Shown piece by piece: positions 1 to 15,780 of a DNA stretch of 64,000 bases. Positions within the stretch are counted from its first letter, which is position 1. Every line of letters starts with the position of its first letter. Source of the DNA: the human T2T-CHM13v2.0 reference genome, Homo sapiens; the NCBI RefSeq assembly GCF_009914755.1, contig NC_060932.1; one strand, 5' to 3'. A model generated the notes under the pieces. The model saw only the letters and a program-made list of their open reading frames with translations, was not told the origin of the DNA and searched no databases. The translations under genes and the position numbers were made by a program.

Positions 1-1614
1 TTATACGACGCTAGCTTTCTCTCTCTAGTTAATGGTATGATTCGTCAAGTTCTCCAAATGCCATCTGCTATGAAAGCAAGAGCCCAATAAAAATGTCTGC
101 AGAAGAAATTTCTTAAAGAACATCTTTAGAGATGTTTATGTAAAGTGATACAATGAAACCCTGCACAAATTAATAACTAAAGCATTTATGAATATTAGAA
201 AGGATGAGGCCAAAAATTTTCTTGGAACAGTTTTTGTACATATGAGGCAAAATGCAGAAGATGTCAAAGGCCTGGCATTGTTATGTTTCTTTTGCCTTTT
301 CTTTGCGTCCCAAATTATTATGGCATATACCCAAAATCCATCTACTGCTTCAGAAGTATAGATCATTTTCCAAAAGAAGCATCTGGAATAGCTAATTTGT
401 TACCAAAGCCGGTGATTAAACACACATGATACTGTGGGGCTGAATGGCTGGCCATGAGTCCCAGTTTTCCATTGTATTGGGTTTCAGCTATTAACCAATC
501 AGTCTGTTTTTAGAGTATGAATTTGTAATGTAGATGGCTCAGAACTCTTGGCTACGGGGCCCTTAATGGGACAGCATTTCTGTCACATGGAATTCTTGTT
601 GCTTGGTTTCCATTAAGGTATCTTGGCTTTTAAATAAACTGTCAAGTAAAACTTGGCATCAAAACACAAAGTGAGTAACTTCCTTTGTTGAGTCGTTGAC
701 AGCTCCGCTGTGTGTCAGATAGATAGCTGCTAAGAGTCAGCTCTAAAGGCGATTGCAGTCTCTTTGGAAGGATGCTGGTATCACAAACTGCCTTCCTCAG
801 GATTAAGGCTAAGCAAAATTTAGGGATAATCTTTATGGAAAGTTAACCCAGCAACGGCCAGTCGACCATATCCCTCTCCACAAGTGTTGGTTTTGGAATT
901 ATAAAAGTTTTGGAGGTGTGAAAACATAATTGGAAAACTTTTTTTCCCTGCTTAAAGGGCTAATTGATTTCACAGGTGTTTAATTATCATTTGCTGTGAG
1001 ATAATACCTTGTAGTGCCATAAAAAATGGATTTAATTTTCTAGTGCTTGCAAAACCATTTCCAAAGCCAAGTCAGAGCTAAAGCTAGATAACTATTCTAT
1101 AAATCAAACACACTGCCTCCTTTCTTTGAAATTTTTAATACTTGGGGATAATGATATCTGACAACCTTGAAACTAACATGAAAAGGATTTTTCTGCCAAG
1201 TGCCAAAAGTCAACCATTGGAGCATTTCAGGCAGTTTGGTTCATTAACAGTGACTCAGGCAGCCTCAGGACCCTGCCTGCAGGCTTCCAAAACACCCCAA
1301 GGGTAGACCATTGGTGTGTGTCAGGACACAATATTATCTACCAAGACCAAATGGTCATATATCCAATAAGGTCTACAGAAAAACAGAAATAAAACCCAAA
1401 CCACCCTTAGCACAAAAAACTGCCTGGAAACAACTGTAACTCTCTAAGCTCAAACTAAGAGTCCTGGAACTTAGAAAGTGGAGATGTTTCAACTTGATCA
1501 AGGGATACTTTCCTATCTTATGCTTAAGGCACAACACTTGTGCTTTCTGTAATAACAAGGGAGGGAATCATAAAATCAAACAAATGTTAACAGCTGGAAG
1601 GCACCACAAAGATC

Positions 1615-1705
1615 ATCCAGTCCAAATATCCAGATGAAAAAAAGCAGCCAGGAGAGGTCAAGTAACTTACCCAAGATATCACCAGGGGCAGAACCAAGAT
1701 AAAAA
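1615..1705 (-). mobile_element. MIR fragment
   Basis: cagatgaaaaaa...gagaggtcaagtaacttacccaag resembles the reverse-complement MIR core. Confidence 0.55.
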
Positions 1706-2048
1706 GAATAATTCTGAGTGAGCAGAGAAAGGAAAAGAAAGCTTGAAAATAGATTTAGAGTCCCATTCTCACCCAAAATCTAAAAATACAAGGAAGAATT
1801 TTTAAAAAGACAAAAAAAAAAAAAAGTGAGGTTTCATTCTGTAAGAGGAGTGGCTATTTCTTCAACGGAGCCCAGTTTCCACAGAAGTGCTTAAGCTGCC
1901 TTAAATAACTACATGGGGGTTTTAGTTGGTGCCACGTTTCGGATTTTTTTTTTTCTCTCCAACTTCTATTCAGAAGCTGCTGAAATCCTACCATGTTCCA
2001 TTAGATTAAGTGTGCTTAAATGATCTAAGAAAGCAGTGCAATTTAGCT

Positions 2049-2050
<2 letters not shown>

Positions 2051-2090
<40 letters not shown>
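2051..2090. repeat. (AC)20 microsatellite
   Basis: 40 bp perfect AC repeat. Confidence 0.98.
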
Positions 2091-2091
<1 letters not shown>

Positions 2092-2409
2092 ATTATTTAA
2101 TTTATTTAATGCATTTGTATGGAGGGTGCACATACCCTAAACCACTAAATGACAAAGATTTTTCAGGCAGTTCAGGTTGGCCTTCACAGTGCTGGATAAA
2201 ATAATATACAGCAATATGCAGTATAATTGGTGCCATTCTTGGACACTGTGTTTGGGCCCTGGTAGTAAAAGCCTGGGCCAAAGTCATGTGGGCTGAAAGG
2301 GCAGGGGACAACATGGGCCCCAGTATAGTCTGAAAAGGGTTGGAATGGAAGGGCATCCATAGGGACTGGCTTGGGATTGCAATGAAACTCCTTCAATGAA
2401 TAAAAATGG

Positions 2410-2660
2410 TGGTAATAACTCTAGCTAACATTTATTGAGAACTTATTACATGCCCAACTCTCTGCAAAGCACTTTATGTCCATTTGGCCATTTGCTCTTC
2501 CAAAAATCCTATGAAGTAAGTAGCATTATATCTCCCATTTTGTAGAAGAGGAAATTGAGGATTACACCTAATTTGTCTAAATTCACTTAATAAGCAGGTG
2601 GGTATAATTTGAACTGAGGCATTGTGACTTCAGGACCCAAGTTATTGTACACAATTGCAC
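2410..2660 (-). mobile_element. MIR SINE
   Basis: agctaacatttattgag...cccattttgtagaagaggaaattgagg = reverse complement of MIR 3' half and core. Confidence 0.8.
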
Positions 2661-3167
2661 GTTGCCTCCTTTCCATAATGCTTTTTGGAGATGTCCCATT
2701 GGCTAGCTAAGTGAGCTCTGTCATGAGGGACACCATGAGAACCACTATGAAATGCAAGGGACTAATTTATGTCTTCTAACCAAAGATGTGCCTGACATGG
2801 GGAGAGAGCTTTTATGTGGCTCTGAATAAGAGATAACATCTTTCCCAGGGTCAGCCCCATCTCACACACTACTTCCAGGTTTTGGGGACTTGATAGAACA
2901 GGTGAGAAATAAATGCCTGTTCATTTGCTATATTTATCTCAGCCAGGACCACCAATGGAACATAGAAACTTCAAGGCCTCTTCCTAAGACTTTATATGAC
3001 TCTTAGTTTCCCAATCCATCATGAGGCTTTGGTGCCAAGACCCACAACATGAATTTTAGTTCCCTAATAAGCTTGTGGAGTCTCTACTATGTGTGCAGGT
3101 CTTTAAGCCCATATGGACAAAATTGGGAAGAGACATAAAACAAATACTGCAGGAGACAATGAGATTC

Positions 3168-3540
3168 CATTCATTCATCCATCCATCCATTTACCAATAG
3201 CACTTATTACGTACCCACTAAGCACCAGGCATTCTATTGTCAGGATACAATGGTGGGCAAAATAAAAAATCCTGTTCCTTTACCATTCAGAATTATGGAA
3301 TTCACTGTCTTGCGTAGGGAGACTGATAGTAAATAATTAATCATATAATAAAATCAACAGCTATAGTAGTTCCAAGGAGAGACTCATGGTTCTGTGAGAG
3401 CACACATGGTAGAGGAACTTGACCTAGTCAGGGGGTGGGGACGAAGCTGAAACCTAAGCGCTAAGTGTCCAGCAGGACTGGGGTTCAGAATGCAGTGCTT
3501 TGAGCAGTGCTGACAGTAGATGCAAAAGTCATCAAGAAAT
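3168..3540 (-). mobile_element. L2 LINE 3' end fragment
   Basis: cattcattcatcc..., cactaagcaccaggcatt...ggatacaatggtg typical of antisense L2 3' end. Confidence 0.65.
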
Positions 3541-3702
3541 TTAAAGTACTTTTGGGAAAACGAAGTATGTGTACCATAATTAGTCATCTCAAAAAGTCAA
3601 AAATATTTTGCTGTGATGTAGACTAAATCCATCGGATGGTTTGCAAAACAAAGGTTAGGACTCCATGCTGCCTGGAAAAATGATTAAAGACTGGATGTCT
3701 GA

Positions 3703-3901
3703 GGCCGGGCATGGTGTCTCACGCCTGTGATCCCAGCACTTGGGGAGGCTGAGGAGGGCAGATCATTTGAGGTCAGGAGTTCAAGACTGGCCTGGCCAAC
3801 ATGGTGAAACCCCCTCTCTACTAAAAATATAAAAATTAGCCAGGTATGGTGGTGTGCACCTGTAATTCCAGCTACTCGGAAGGCTGAGGCAGGAGAATCA
3901 C
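3703..3901 (+). mobile_element. AluS, 3'-truncated (no tail)
   Basis: ggccgggcatggtg...ggaggcaggagaatcac then abrupt return to unique sequence. Confidence 0.95.
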
Positions 3902-4887
3902 GTGTCTGGATGGATAAACACTTTCATTCAGTTAAACATGTTGATCATATCAGAGCATTCCAGATTCCACATACCTGCTAAGCAATAACTAAGGCAACGG
4001 ACATTGACCCACGTTACAGATAGTAAAGCTGCATCAGAAAAGAGCCTTAACAACTTGATTAGAGTTAATGAAAGATACTTCAAGTTGTTCTAGTTCATCT
4101 TATCTGCTCTTCCCTGGAAACCTGGCAACTCACATTTTTAGCACTTATTTATAAGCCCCTTTCCTATTGCCGCAAAATTCTACAGGCTCTGTAGAAATGG
4201 GGCTGAGTCTCTAAATAATCACATTTTGATGGTAATTAAAAGCCAAATTCCCTAACTCCCTAAATGCTATGAGCAGTTTGAATGCCTGTGTTTTGTCCTA
4301 ACATTGAGCATCTCTACGAAGAAGGAAAACCATGTTAGAAAATACTGAAATGACTTAATTGCAGAAAGAGGCAGCCTTATGATGAAGTAGCAGTGAGCTT
4401 CTGCTGGGATGGCACACTCAGGGGAGGAAGCTGCTCACAGGAAGAACGCCCAGGAGCGCTGGCCTCAGCCCTTCTTCAAGTACTCACTGCTATGAGGCCT
4501 GGGCCGAGGTCCTACAGGCCAGGAGAAGCCCTAAGATGACATCTTTCTGCTATGGTGACAAGTCCTTCCCATTGACTCTAATAGTTGTTAAGGTAAGAGA
4601 GGTAAAGAAGGGAATTTCAGTTATTAAGGCATTAGTTTGGATTGGAGCTGGGAACAAAGGAAAAGCCACAACTGGGCTTCATCCAGCAAAGACACTATTT
4701 TCATCCATCTGCCTCCTAGACTAATTTAGGGATTACAGGACCTACCCAGGGACCTCCGATGCAGCAAAGTAAGGATCATATTGTGAAGGTAGACCAGGCC
4801 AAACCATTGCCACCTCTAACTTTAAGGCTGCTAATCTCTTAGAAAAAAACTGGAAGAAAAAGTTGGAGAGGGCAGTAGGGGGAGAAA

Positions 4888-4925
4888 ACACACACACACA
4901 CATACACACACACACCATATATATA
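4888..4925. repeat. (CA)n/(TA)n microsatellite
   Basis: interrupted CA run followed by a short TA run. Confidence 0.85.
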
Positions 4926-5069
4926 TTTAAAGACCACCAAATACATTTTTCATCTTTAAATCAAAGTCCTGCATAGAAAAAGAAAGCTGCTGGTAAGTGT
5001 TAAAGGAAAGGCTTGTTGCCAATAATATAAAACATGTTTATAAAATAATACCTTAGCATGTAGAAATAA

Positions 5070-5320
5070 CAATGATAATGATGATATAACAGCCACACTG
5101 TTGAGAGCACACTCATTCGCTGAACACTATGCTAATTACATACAGTATCGCGTCCTAAGTGTCACAATCTGTAACACTAATACTATGGTCCCATTTCACA
5201 GCTGCACACCAAGGCTGACAGAGATGTGATAATTTGCCCAGAGTTATATAGCCAGAGAAGCATAACTAGAACCTGAACATAGCCCTCTGAATCTGAAGTA
5301 GATGCTGCTGAACTTCACTT
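5070..5320 (-). mobile_element. MIR SINE
   Basis: cccatttcacagctg...aggctgacagagatgtgataatttgcccagag matches antisense MIR core. Confidence 0.65.
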
Positions 5321-6086
5321 GCATTTTTTTTACCAGCAGTTTTGATGCCATATGGAGAAATAGGTATAAATGAAATCTTTCAAAGCAATGAGCACTGAAA
5401 AGATTTTGGTGCCCATTGCAATGAGTAATTCAAATAATGAACTACTAAACCTTAAAATGCAGAACTTATATGTATGCTATGCTGACATTAAAATGGCTTG
5501 TTTATAGGTTTTCTGATTGCTGCATTCTGGATAAGATAAAGCAGTCATATCCTCTCTCCCCACTGCTTTGATAGGATGCTAAGCACATGTAAAGTTGTCG
5601 GAAATCATCTCAAACCTAAAACACCAAACTAAGTGGCAGGTCTGCTCAGCTAGTTGTAAATATGGGCCTAGCTTCACTTTATTGCACTTTGCAGATCTTG
5701 AGTTTTTGTTTTTGTTTTTAACAAATTGAAGGTCTATGGCAACCCTAAGCAAGTCTATCGGCACCATTTTTCCAACAACGTGCTCAATTCCTGTCTCTAT
5801 CACATTTTGGTAATTCTCATAATATTTCAAAACTTTTATTGTTATTGTATGTTAGGGTGATTTGTGATCAATGCTCTTTGATATGTTACTACTGTAATTG
5901 TTTTGGGATGTCACAAAACTCACCCATATTAAGATGGTGAACTTGAAAAATGTGTGTGTTCTGACTATGCTACCAACCAGCCATTTCCCCTCCCTCTCTC
6001 TTTGGGCCTCCTTGTTCCCTGAGACACAAAAATATTGAAATTAGGCCAATTAATAACCCTACAATGGCCTACAAGTGTGCAAGTGA

Positions 6087-6409
<323 letters not shown>

Positions 6410-6637
6410 GCATCTCTCTTTAAATCCAAGGCTAGAGATGATTAAGCTTAGTGAAGAAGGAATGTTGAAAGGCATGACAGGTTGAAAGCTATGCCTCTCA
6501 TGCCAAACAGCCAAGTCATGAATGCAAAGGAAAAGTTCTTGAAGGAAGTTAAAAGTGTTACTCCAGTGAACACATGAATGATAAGAGGGAGAAACAGCTT
6601 TATTGCTGATTTGGAAAAGTTTTAGTGGTCTGCCTAG

Positions 6638-7005
<368 letters not shown>

Positions 7006-7713
7006 AAGGCTTTTTCAATTTTATGATGACAGAGAGAAATGTGGAAGCTACAGAAGAAAAGTTTGAACCTAGCAGAGGTTGGCTCATGAGGCTTTAAAAA
7101 AGAAGCCATTTCCATATCATAATAGCGCAAGGTGAAGCAGCAAGTACTGATCTAGAAGCTGCAGCAAGTTATCCATAAGATCATTGATGAGGTGGCTTTA
7201 CAAAACAACAGACATGCAACGTAAATGAAATAGCCTTAGATTGGAAGAAGATGCCTTCTATGACTTTCATAGCTAGGGAACAGAAATCAATGACTGGTGT
7301 AAAGGTTTGGAAGGACAGGCTGACTCTCTTTTAAGAGGCTAATGCAGCTGGTGACTTGAAGTTGAAGCCAATGCTCATTTACCACTCCAAAAATCCTAGG
7401 ACCCTTAAGAATTAACTTAAAAGCTGTATATTTAGCTTTAAAGCTAAATCTACTCTGCCTGTGCTCTATAAATAGATGGAACAATAAAGCCTAGATGACA
7501 GCACATCTGTTTACAGCATGGTTAACTGAATATTTTAAGCCTACCGTTGAGACCTACGGCTTAGAAAGAAAAATTTCTTTTAAAATATTGCGTTCGTTGG
7601 CAAGTCACCTAGTTACCCAAGAGCTCTAATGGAGATGTGTAAGATTAATGTTGTTTTCATGCATGCTAACACAACACCCACTCTGCAGCCCATAGATCAA
7701 GAAGTAATTTTGG

Positions 7714-8155
7714 GGCCAGGCACAGTGGCTCATGCCTGTAATCCTGGCAATTTGAGAGGCCAAAGTGGGAGGAATGCTTGAGGCCAGGAGTTCAAGACCA
7801 ACCTGGGCAACATAGCAAGACCTCATCTCTATAATCAAAAAATTCAGCCAGACTAGGCATGGTGGCTCACACCTATAATCCTATATCATCCTAGCACTTT
7901 GAAAGGCCATGGCAGGAGGACTGCTTGAGCCTAGGAGTTCGAGACCAGCTTGGGCAACACGGCAAGACTTCCCCCCGCCAAAAAAAAAAAAAAGTCCCAG
8001 ATGGCAGCATGCCCCTGTAGTCCCAGATATTCAGGAAGCTGAGGCAGGAGGGTCACTTGAGACCAGGAGTTTGTGGTTACAGTGAGCTATGACAGCACCA
8101 CTGCACTCCAGCTTGCCAGCTTGAGCAACAGAACAAAACTGACTCAAAAAAAAAA
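7714..8155 (+). mobile_element. AluJ-like element with two left arms plus a right arm, inside Tigger1
   Basis: left monomer 7714-7850, second left monomer from 7851, right arm to A-tail; TSD aagtaatttt on both sides. Confidence 0.9.
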
Positions 8156-8818
8156 GTAATTTTAACTTTCAAGTATTGTTATTTTAAAAATACATTTTAT
8201 AAGGCTATAGCTGACAGAGATGGTGATTCCTCTGATGGATCTGGGCAAAGTCAATTGAAAATCTTTTAGAAAGGATTCACCATTCTAGATGCCATAAAGA
8301 ACATTCATAATTCATGGGAGAAGGTCAAAATATCAACATTAACAGGAGTTTGGAAGAAGCTGATTCCAACCTTCATAGATGACTTTGTGGAGTTCAAGAC
8401 TTCAGAAGAAGTCACTGCAGATATGGTAGAACTAGCAAGAGATCTATAATTAGAAGTGCAGCCTGAAGATGTGACTGAATTGCAGCAATCTTATAAAACT
8501 TGAATGGATGAGGAATTGCTTCTTATGGATGAGCAAATAAAGTGGTTTCTTGAGATGGAATCTACTCCTGATGAAGATGCTTTGAACATTGTTGGAATGA
8601 TAACAAAGGACTTAGAATATTACATAAACTTAGTTGACAAAGCAGTGGCAGGGGTTGAGAGGATTGACTCCAACTTTGAAAGAAGATCTACTGTAGGTAA
8701 AATGCTATCAAACAGCATTCTCTATGGAGAAAACGATTCTTTCATGAAGACTACAGAGAAGTCTCTCATGAAAGGAAGAGTCAATCGTTGCGGCAAACTC
8801 CACTGTTGTGTTATTTTA

Positions 8819-9304
<486 letters not shown>

Positions 9305-10144
9305 CTACCCTCACTTTCAGCAACCACCACTTGATCAGCCAGCAGCCATCAACAAGGCAAGACCCTTCACCAGCAAAATGATTATGGCTCACCAAAGGCT
9401 CAGATGATCACAAGTACTTTTTTAGCAGTAAAGTATTTTTAAATTAAGGTATATATATTGAGGTTTTTTTAGACATGTTATTGCATACCTAATAGACTAC
9501 AATATAGTGTAAATATAACTTTTATATGTACTGGAAAACCAGAAAAAATCATGTGATTTGCTTTATTGTGCTCTTTGTTTTATTTTCGTGGTCTGGAACC
9601 AAACACACAATATCTCTGATGTGTGTCTTAGAACTTAGTGTTCAAAAACAGAGGCACAAAACCCAGCCACTAGTTCAAAACCTTCCCCTTGGGAGGCTAA
9701 GTGGAGACTGTAGAATAAAAATGAGGAAGAATAAGTCAGCAACTACACAATATATATGTATTTTTAAAAGAAGAAAACAATAATTGAGAGATGGTTTCAT
9801 GATCTTCTCACTACTCCTGATTTGGAAATCTGGAAAGTGTGGTATGGGTATGAGGGGGATTCTTCTAGATGGATATGTTAGGTGAATCCTTGTAGGGTAG
9901 TGCAAGTTAAAGGTATAACACACCCAACTGAATGTACATTCATGGTGTATACACATATATTGCTTCTGGGTTTTTCTATCAAAAGCAAGAGCCAAAAGAA
10001 AAATACTCAACAATGAAATGTGTCCAGTAACCTTATTCTTCTGAGATATTACTGTCTATTTTGTTACTTTGGAAGCTTTTTGGTTTTACTGAACATATAT
10101 TTTGATTATATGCATATGCATAGTATTTAACATCTTTTCAACAT

Positions 10145-10895
<751 letters not shown>

Positions 10896-10959
10896 AATTG
10901 GTGATTCAGTATGTCCTTTGTAAAGGAAAGAGTATCTATTACATAGATAATCTTTGCCA

Positions 10960-11253
10960 GGGACTATCTGCGGTTGCAAATTGGAGAATCACAAGCAGTA
11001 TCCTTCTGGCAGATATATTTGGTTTAGTCCCTGTTGAATCTAAACATTTTTCTTAAATTAATTGCCAACATTTTCAAATCATGAGATTTCATGCCAAAAT
11101 CCGGATTTCAGGCATCTCATGAAAAATGGGAAGATTTGGCAGCACTGGACCTGCTGTACTCCCTCACGGCAAATTAGCAGAAGCTGAGCTGGCTTGATTC
11201 ATTTATTACATCACTTACCTGGCCCCTGTAGGCATCTGAGTTAGTAACCCCTG
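10960..11253 (+). mobile_element. MER102-like hAT-Charlie relic
   Basis: aaaatccggatttc...gaaaaatgggaagatttggcagcactgg...cctggcccctgtaggcat...acccctg. Confidence 0.6.
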
Positions 11254-11863
11254 GTCTACAGGTAAAGGGGCTAAAGGTCAGATACAACTCATCTCAGATG
11301 CTGGAAGCAGCTTTCTTAGTCGAAATAAGCAGCTGTCATTAGTCCAAATAGGGACGAACGATTTGACTTTAATATGAAATGTTTTATGTGGGCTATAAAA
11401 TTATCCAAACTCGACACAGGACATTTTGAGCTTATTTCCAAATCATCTGGCCTTCATCTACCCACTGGAACTATTACTCTGCTGGGTCCTCATGGAAACA
11501 TATCTTTCAGCCCTAACAATGAGACTACAGACATCTACGTCCCCAACACAACAGCTAAAAAGCAGTAGAATGTCAGAAAGGCTATCCACTTAGCCCTTGG
11601 CTGACAGGCCCCACTGAGCATCCTTTGCGAAGTCCATTTACTAGCTAATTCATAATTTACACAAGGCATTCAGACATAGCAGCTAAGATATAAAACATTT
11701 ATCAACACAGGGACTAGTTTGTCATTTTAAAATAATTATGTTTAAGTAAGCCAATAAAGTCTATCTTCTCCAATTTACTTATTGAGCTTTATGAGGCAAT
11801 TTAAGTCCCGATTTTGGGGGGTATGTATGAAAGGAGAGCATGGAAATGCCATTTGCTCCCTGA

Positions 11864-12182
<319 letters not shown>

Positions 12183-12949
12183 TTGAAGTTTTTGTCTTAA
12201 AAACCCAGATCCTCAAGAGAAGACCAAAAAATGGTTGTGGTGCTCATATCTCTGAGACATCTTGCAGAGAAGGTAATCCCTAAATGATGCAAATCTGGTG
12301 AACATAATGCACACAGGGGACAAACCAAACGGTGAAAACTGATGTTAAACTATAAATTTTAAGCCACGGACATTAGTGTGAAACTTTACAGCTTCAAACT
12401 TTCAAAACCCACACAAAAGAATTTGTACGACACTGATGAAAATTTAGACACTAGAGATGCTCAATCATGCGCTCTGTAAGCAAATCACACTTCATGGTTA
12501 ATTTTGTTGCCAGCAGGATAATAAAGTGTGATACAAACTCTAGCACAGTCTCAGCTGCTGTTAAAGAGTCTGAATGGACAGGGCATTACAATCATTAAGA
12601 ATGCAGCCACGCAATTCAACCAGTAGATGGGGCACATCCACATGGCAAGCGTCCTCACTGAACCAGCCAGGTGGGAAAGAATAGGCCCTGCTTCCTGCTC
12701 TATAGCCCCCTACCAAAGAGTTACAGAGATAGCCAAATGCAGAAGGTGAGGCTGCACCTCATCTCTAAAAGAAGTATTTGATTATTTCCTTAACTTCTCT
12801 TTCATTCCTATGACAATGTAAATAAAACGGGTGGAGACTGGTGGGATTAGGAGGAATCAGGGTTGACCACCTCAGAAGGGAGAAATATATTGAATCCACT
12901 CTATAAAAGCACCTCCTTCAGTAGTCAGTGAGTCGCTTATTCTTACTGG

Positions 12950-13400
12950 GGACCAGTGTTTACTGAGTGCTCATTCCATCCAGGCACTGCTGGAATTGGA
13001 TGTTAGATCTACAAAGGGGAATTAGACAGGAATGGGATGTGGTCCGTGGAGACTGTGGCTTACTGACACTGAAGTCCTGCAAATGCCAGTCACCTGTGGC
13101 TACAAATCATGACAGGGAACTAAACAGGTGGGCGTGAGAATGCTTATGGGTGGACAGTGGCATCTCAGTAAAGATGGGGTGCTCAGAAATGCCCTCTCTG
13201 AAGAAGTGACATTGAAACTGAGGGCTGAGGACAGAGGAGAAGCCAGCTCCCTAAAGGGAGCTGTGGGAAGAATAATTCGGGAAGTGGAAAGCATGTATGC
13301 AGAGCCCCAGGTTGCAACATTCTGGACACACTCAAGGAACAATGGAAACTAAGCCAGTCTGGGTGGGAGTGGTGGAGGTGTTGGCAGAGGAAGGAAGGGA
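12950..13400 (-). mobile_element. L2 fragment
   Basis: gtttactgagtgc...ccaggcactg; ctctctgaagaagtgacattgaaactgagg. Confidence 0.65.
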
Positions 13401-13499
13401 AGTGATATGGTCAAAGGTATTTGACTAACAGGGCAGTGGGCGTTGTTAGCTTTGATGCATACTCATGTACTCCACAGAAAACACAAACACAAAATTATA

Positions 13500-13735
13500 T
13501 GGTGCTTAATTTTCCAGATGCTATTTTAAACTTTTTACTTATATAACCTTCACTTATTTCTCACAATAACTCTAAAAGGCAAGTACTATTAGTATCATCC
13601 TCTTTTTACAGAGCAGAAAACAAGTACAGAGAGGTGAAGTGACTTGCCCCCAGACACACAGCTACTATGCACTAGAACCCAGATTGGAACGGTAGTGGTC
13701 TGATTCCAAAGTGCATGCTCTTCACTTCTATATTC
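13500..13735 (-). mobile_element. MIR SINE
   Basis: tttacagagcagaaaacaagtacagagaggtgaagtgacttgccc. Confidence 0.8.
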
Positions 13736-14097
13736 TCAGAAGCACTGTTTTATTTCAAGGTGACTCTGTATATTTTGATATCACTATGCTAAGTCTAGGT
13801 TTTTTTTTTTTTTTTTGGCATGTTTGTTGTTTGTTTGTTGTTGTGACACTTTTGTATTGCTTTGCTGGCAGACGGCTGATGCGGGCCAAATAAGAAATCC
13901 ACAATCTGGCACAGAGTACACGCCTAGACAGATTTATCATATGTCCTGATAATCAAGCACAATTGTGTACCCCAACCTTTGCCAGATGCCGGCTTCCTCA
14001 TGAATCTGGGTTCTGTACATGGACTCCCCAAAGGACAGTAAATCAGCGCACTAGATATCTCTGCAAAGTTTCCAGCAGATGCTTGTCCTGTGCTTAC

Positions 14098-14250
14098 CCT
14101 GCCCGGCTCCAGATGGCTCCACATCCTGCTCCTTCCTCTCGCGGGCACTTCAGATATGTCAGCAACGCAGGGTGAGGAAGAAGGTGGAAGGAGCAGAACT
14201 AACGTAGTTCTTTAAGAAGCCCCGCAGAGCCCAGAGGTATTTTATATATG
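14098..14250 (-). promoter_or_regulatory. Candidate TATA promoter and short first exon
   Basis: minus-strand TATAAAA at 14246-14240, local CpG cluster, ATG at 14124 with A at -3, donor AGG|GTAAGC at 14098/14097. Confidence 0.4.
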
Positions 14251-14743
14251 CATATGAGGAGCTCTAAGCCCGGTCAGCATAAATCACTGCCAGCTTTTAC
14301 TACCTGGACCCGATTTTCAAAAGGATGAAGTTGTTTACATGTTGCAGAAAAGGTTTCTGCTACCAGTTAACCTGTCACCTGCTACAATTCATTCCAATCT
14401 CTTCCATAGGCAACAGGTTGTATGGAATTTTCCTGCACTGACATATTAGCAAGACAATTCTATACCTACTCCGTCCTCTCAAAAGGGAGAGAACAACGCT
14501 GAGAAATAGGTCCCAGCAAAAAGATGTTAAGAAAAAATTCTTAAAGCGTATATTGCAAATCAACAACAAAAACACAAAAATCAGAAAAATTTTTAAAAAG
14601 ACTTCATTCTTTCCCAGACTAAGGAACAGGTTTACACACTTTTCTTTCTCCCTAAATTAAAAGTATCCTTGACCTTATCCAGTGATTTACACACACAGCA
14701 CTGTCACTAAGTTTTGCTTGCCTTTTTTGGGAACAGTCTAGAC

Positions 14744-15285
<542 letters not shown>

Positions 15286-15569
15286 CTACTTCCTTCCTCT
15301 TCTCCAAAGATACACAGATTTTTCAAAAAAGTAGAAGCTGTTTTTTTTTAAAAAAATAGAGTTCATAACACTAGTATTCATTTATTTGCATCAGAAATTA
15401 ATTACCATGACAGAAACCCAAATGAACATCTCAGAGCCAGGTGTGTTTGAGATGAGCTGACTGACTCCATACAAACACTTGTTGATTTTGCTTGAATCCT
15501 CTGTAAATTTCACTTCCCACTTATTAGATTTTCACAGAGGCCAGAAGACCCAAATAAAATCTTCTTTAC

Positions 15570-15780
15570 TTTTTTGAGACAGGGTCTTGCTTTGTCGCTC
15601 AGGCTGGTGTACAGTGGTGCAATTATGGCTCACTGCAGCCTTGACCTCCCGGTCTCAAGCAATCCTGGCACCTCAGCCTCCTGAGTAGCTGGGACTACAG
15701 GTCTGCACCACCAAATCTGCCTAATTTTTTAAAGGTTTTTTGAAGAGATGAGGTATCACTATGTTGCCCAGGCTGGTCTC
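15570..15780 (-). mobile_element. AluJ, 5'-truncated
   Basis: ctgcagccttgacctcc, actatgttgcccagg; TSD-like ttactttt. Confidence 0.9.

Noticed and set aside
4178-4196. 8-bp hairpin ttctacag-gct-ctgtagaa (similar short stems near 18320 and 61198)
   Set aside because: Stems this short are expected by chance.
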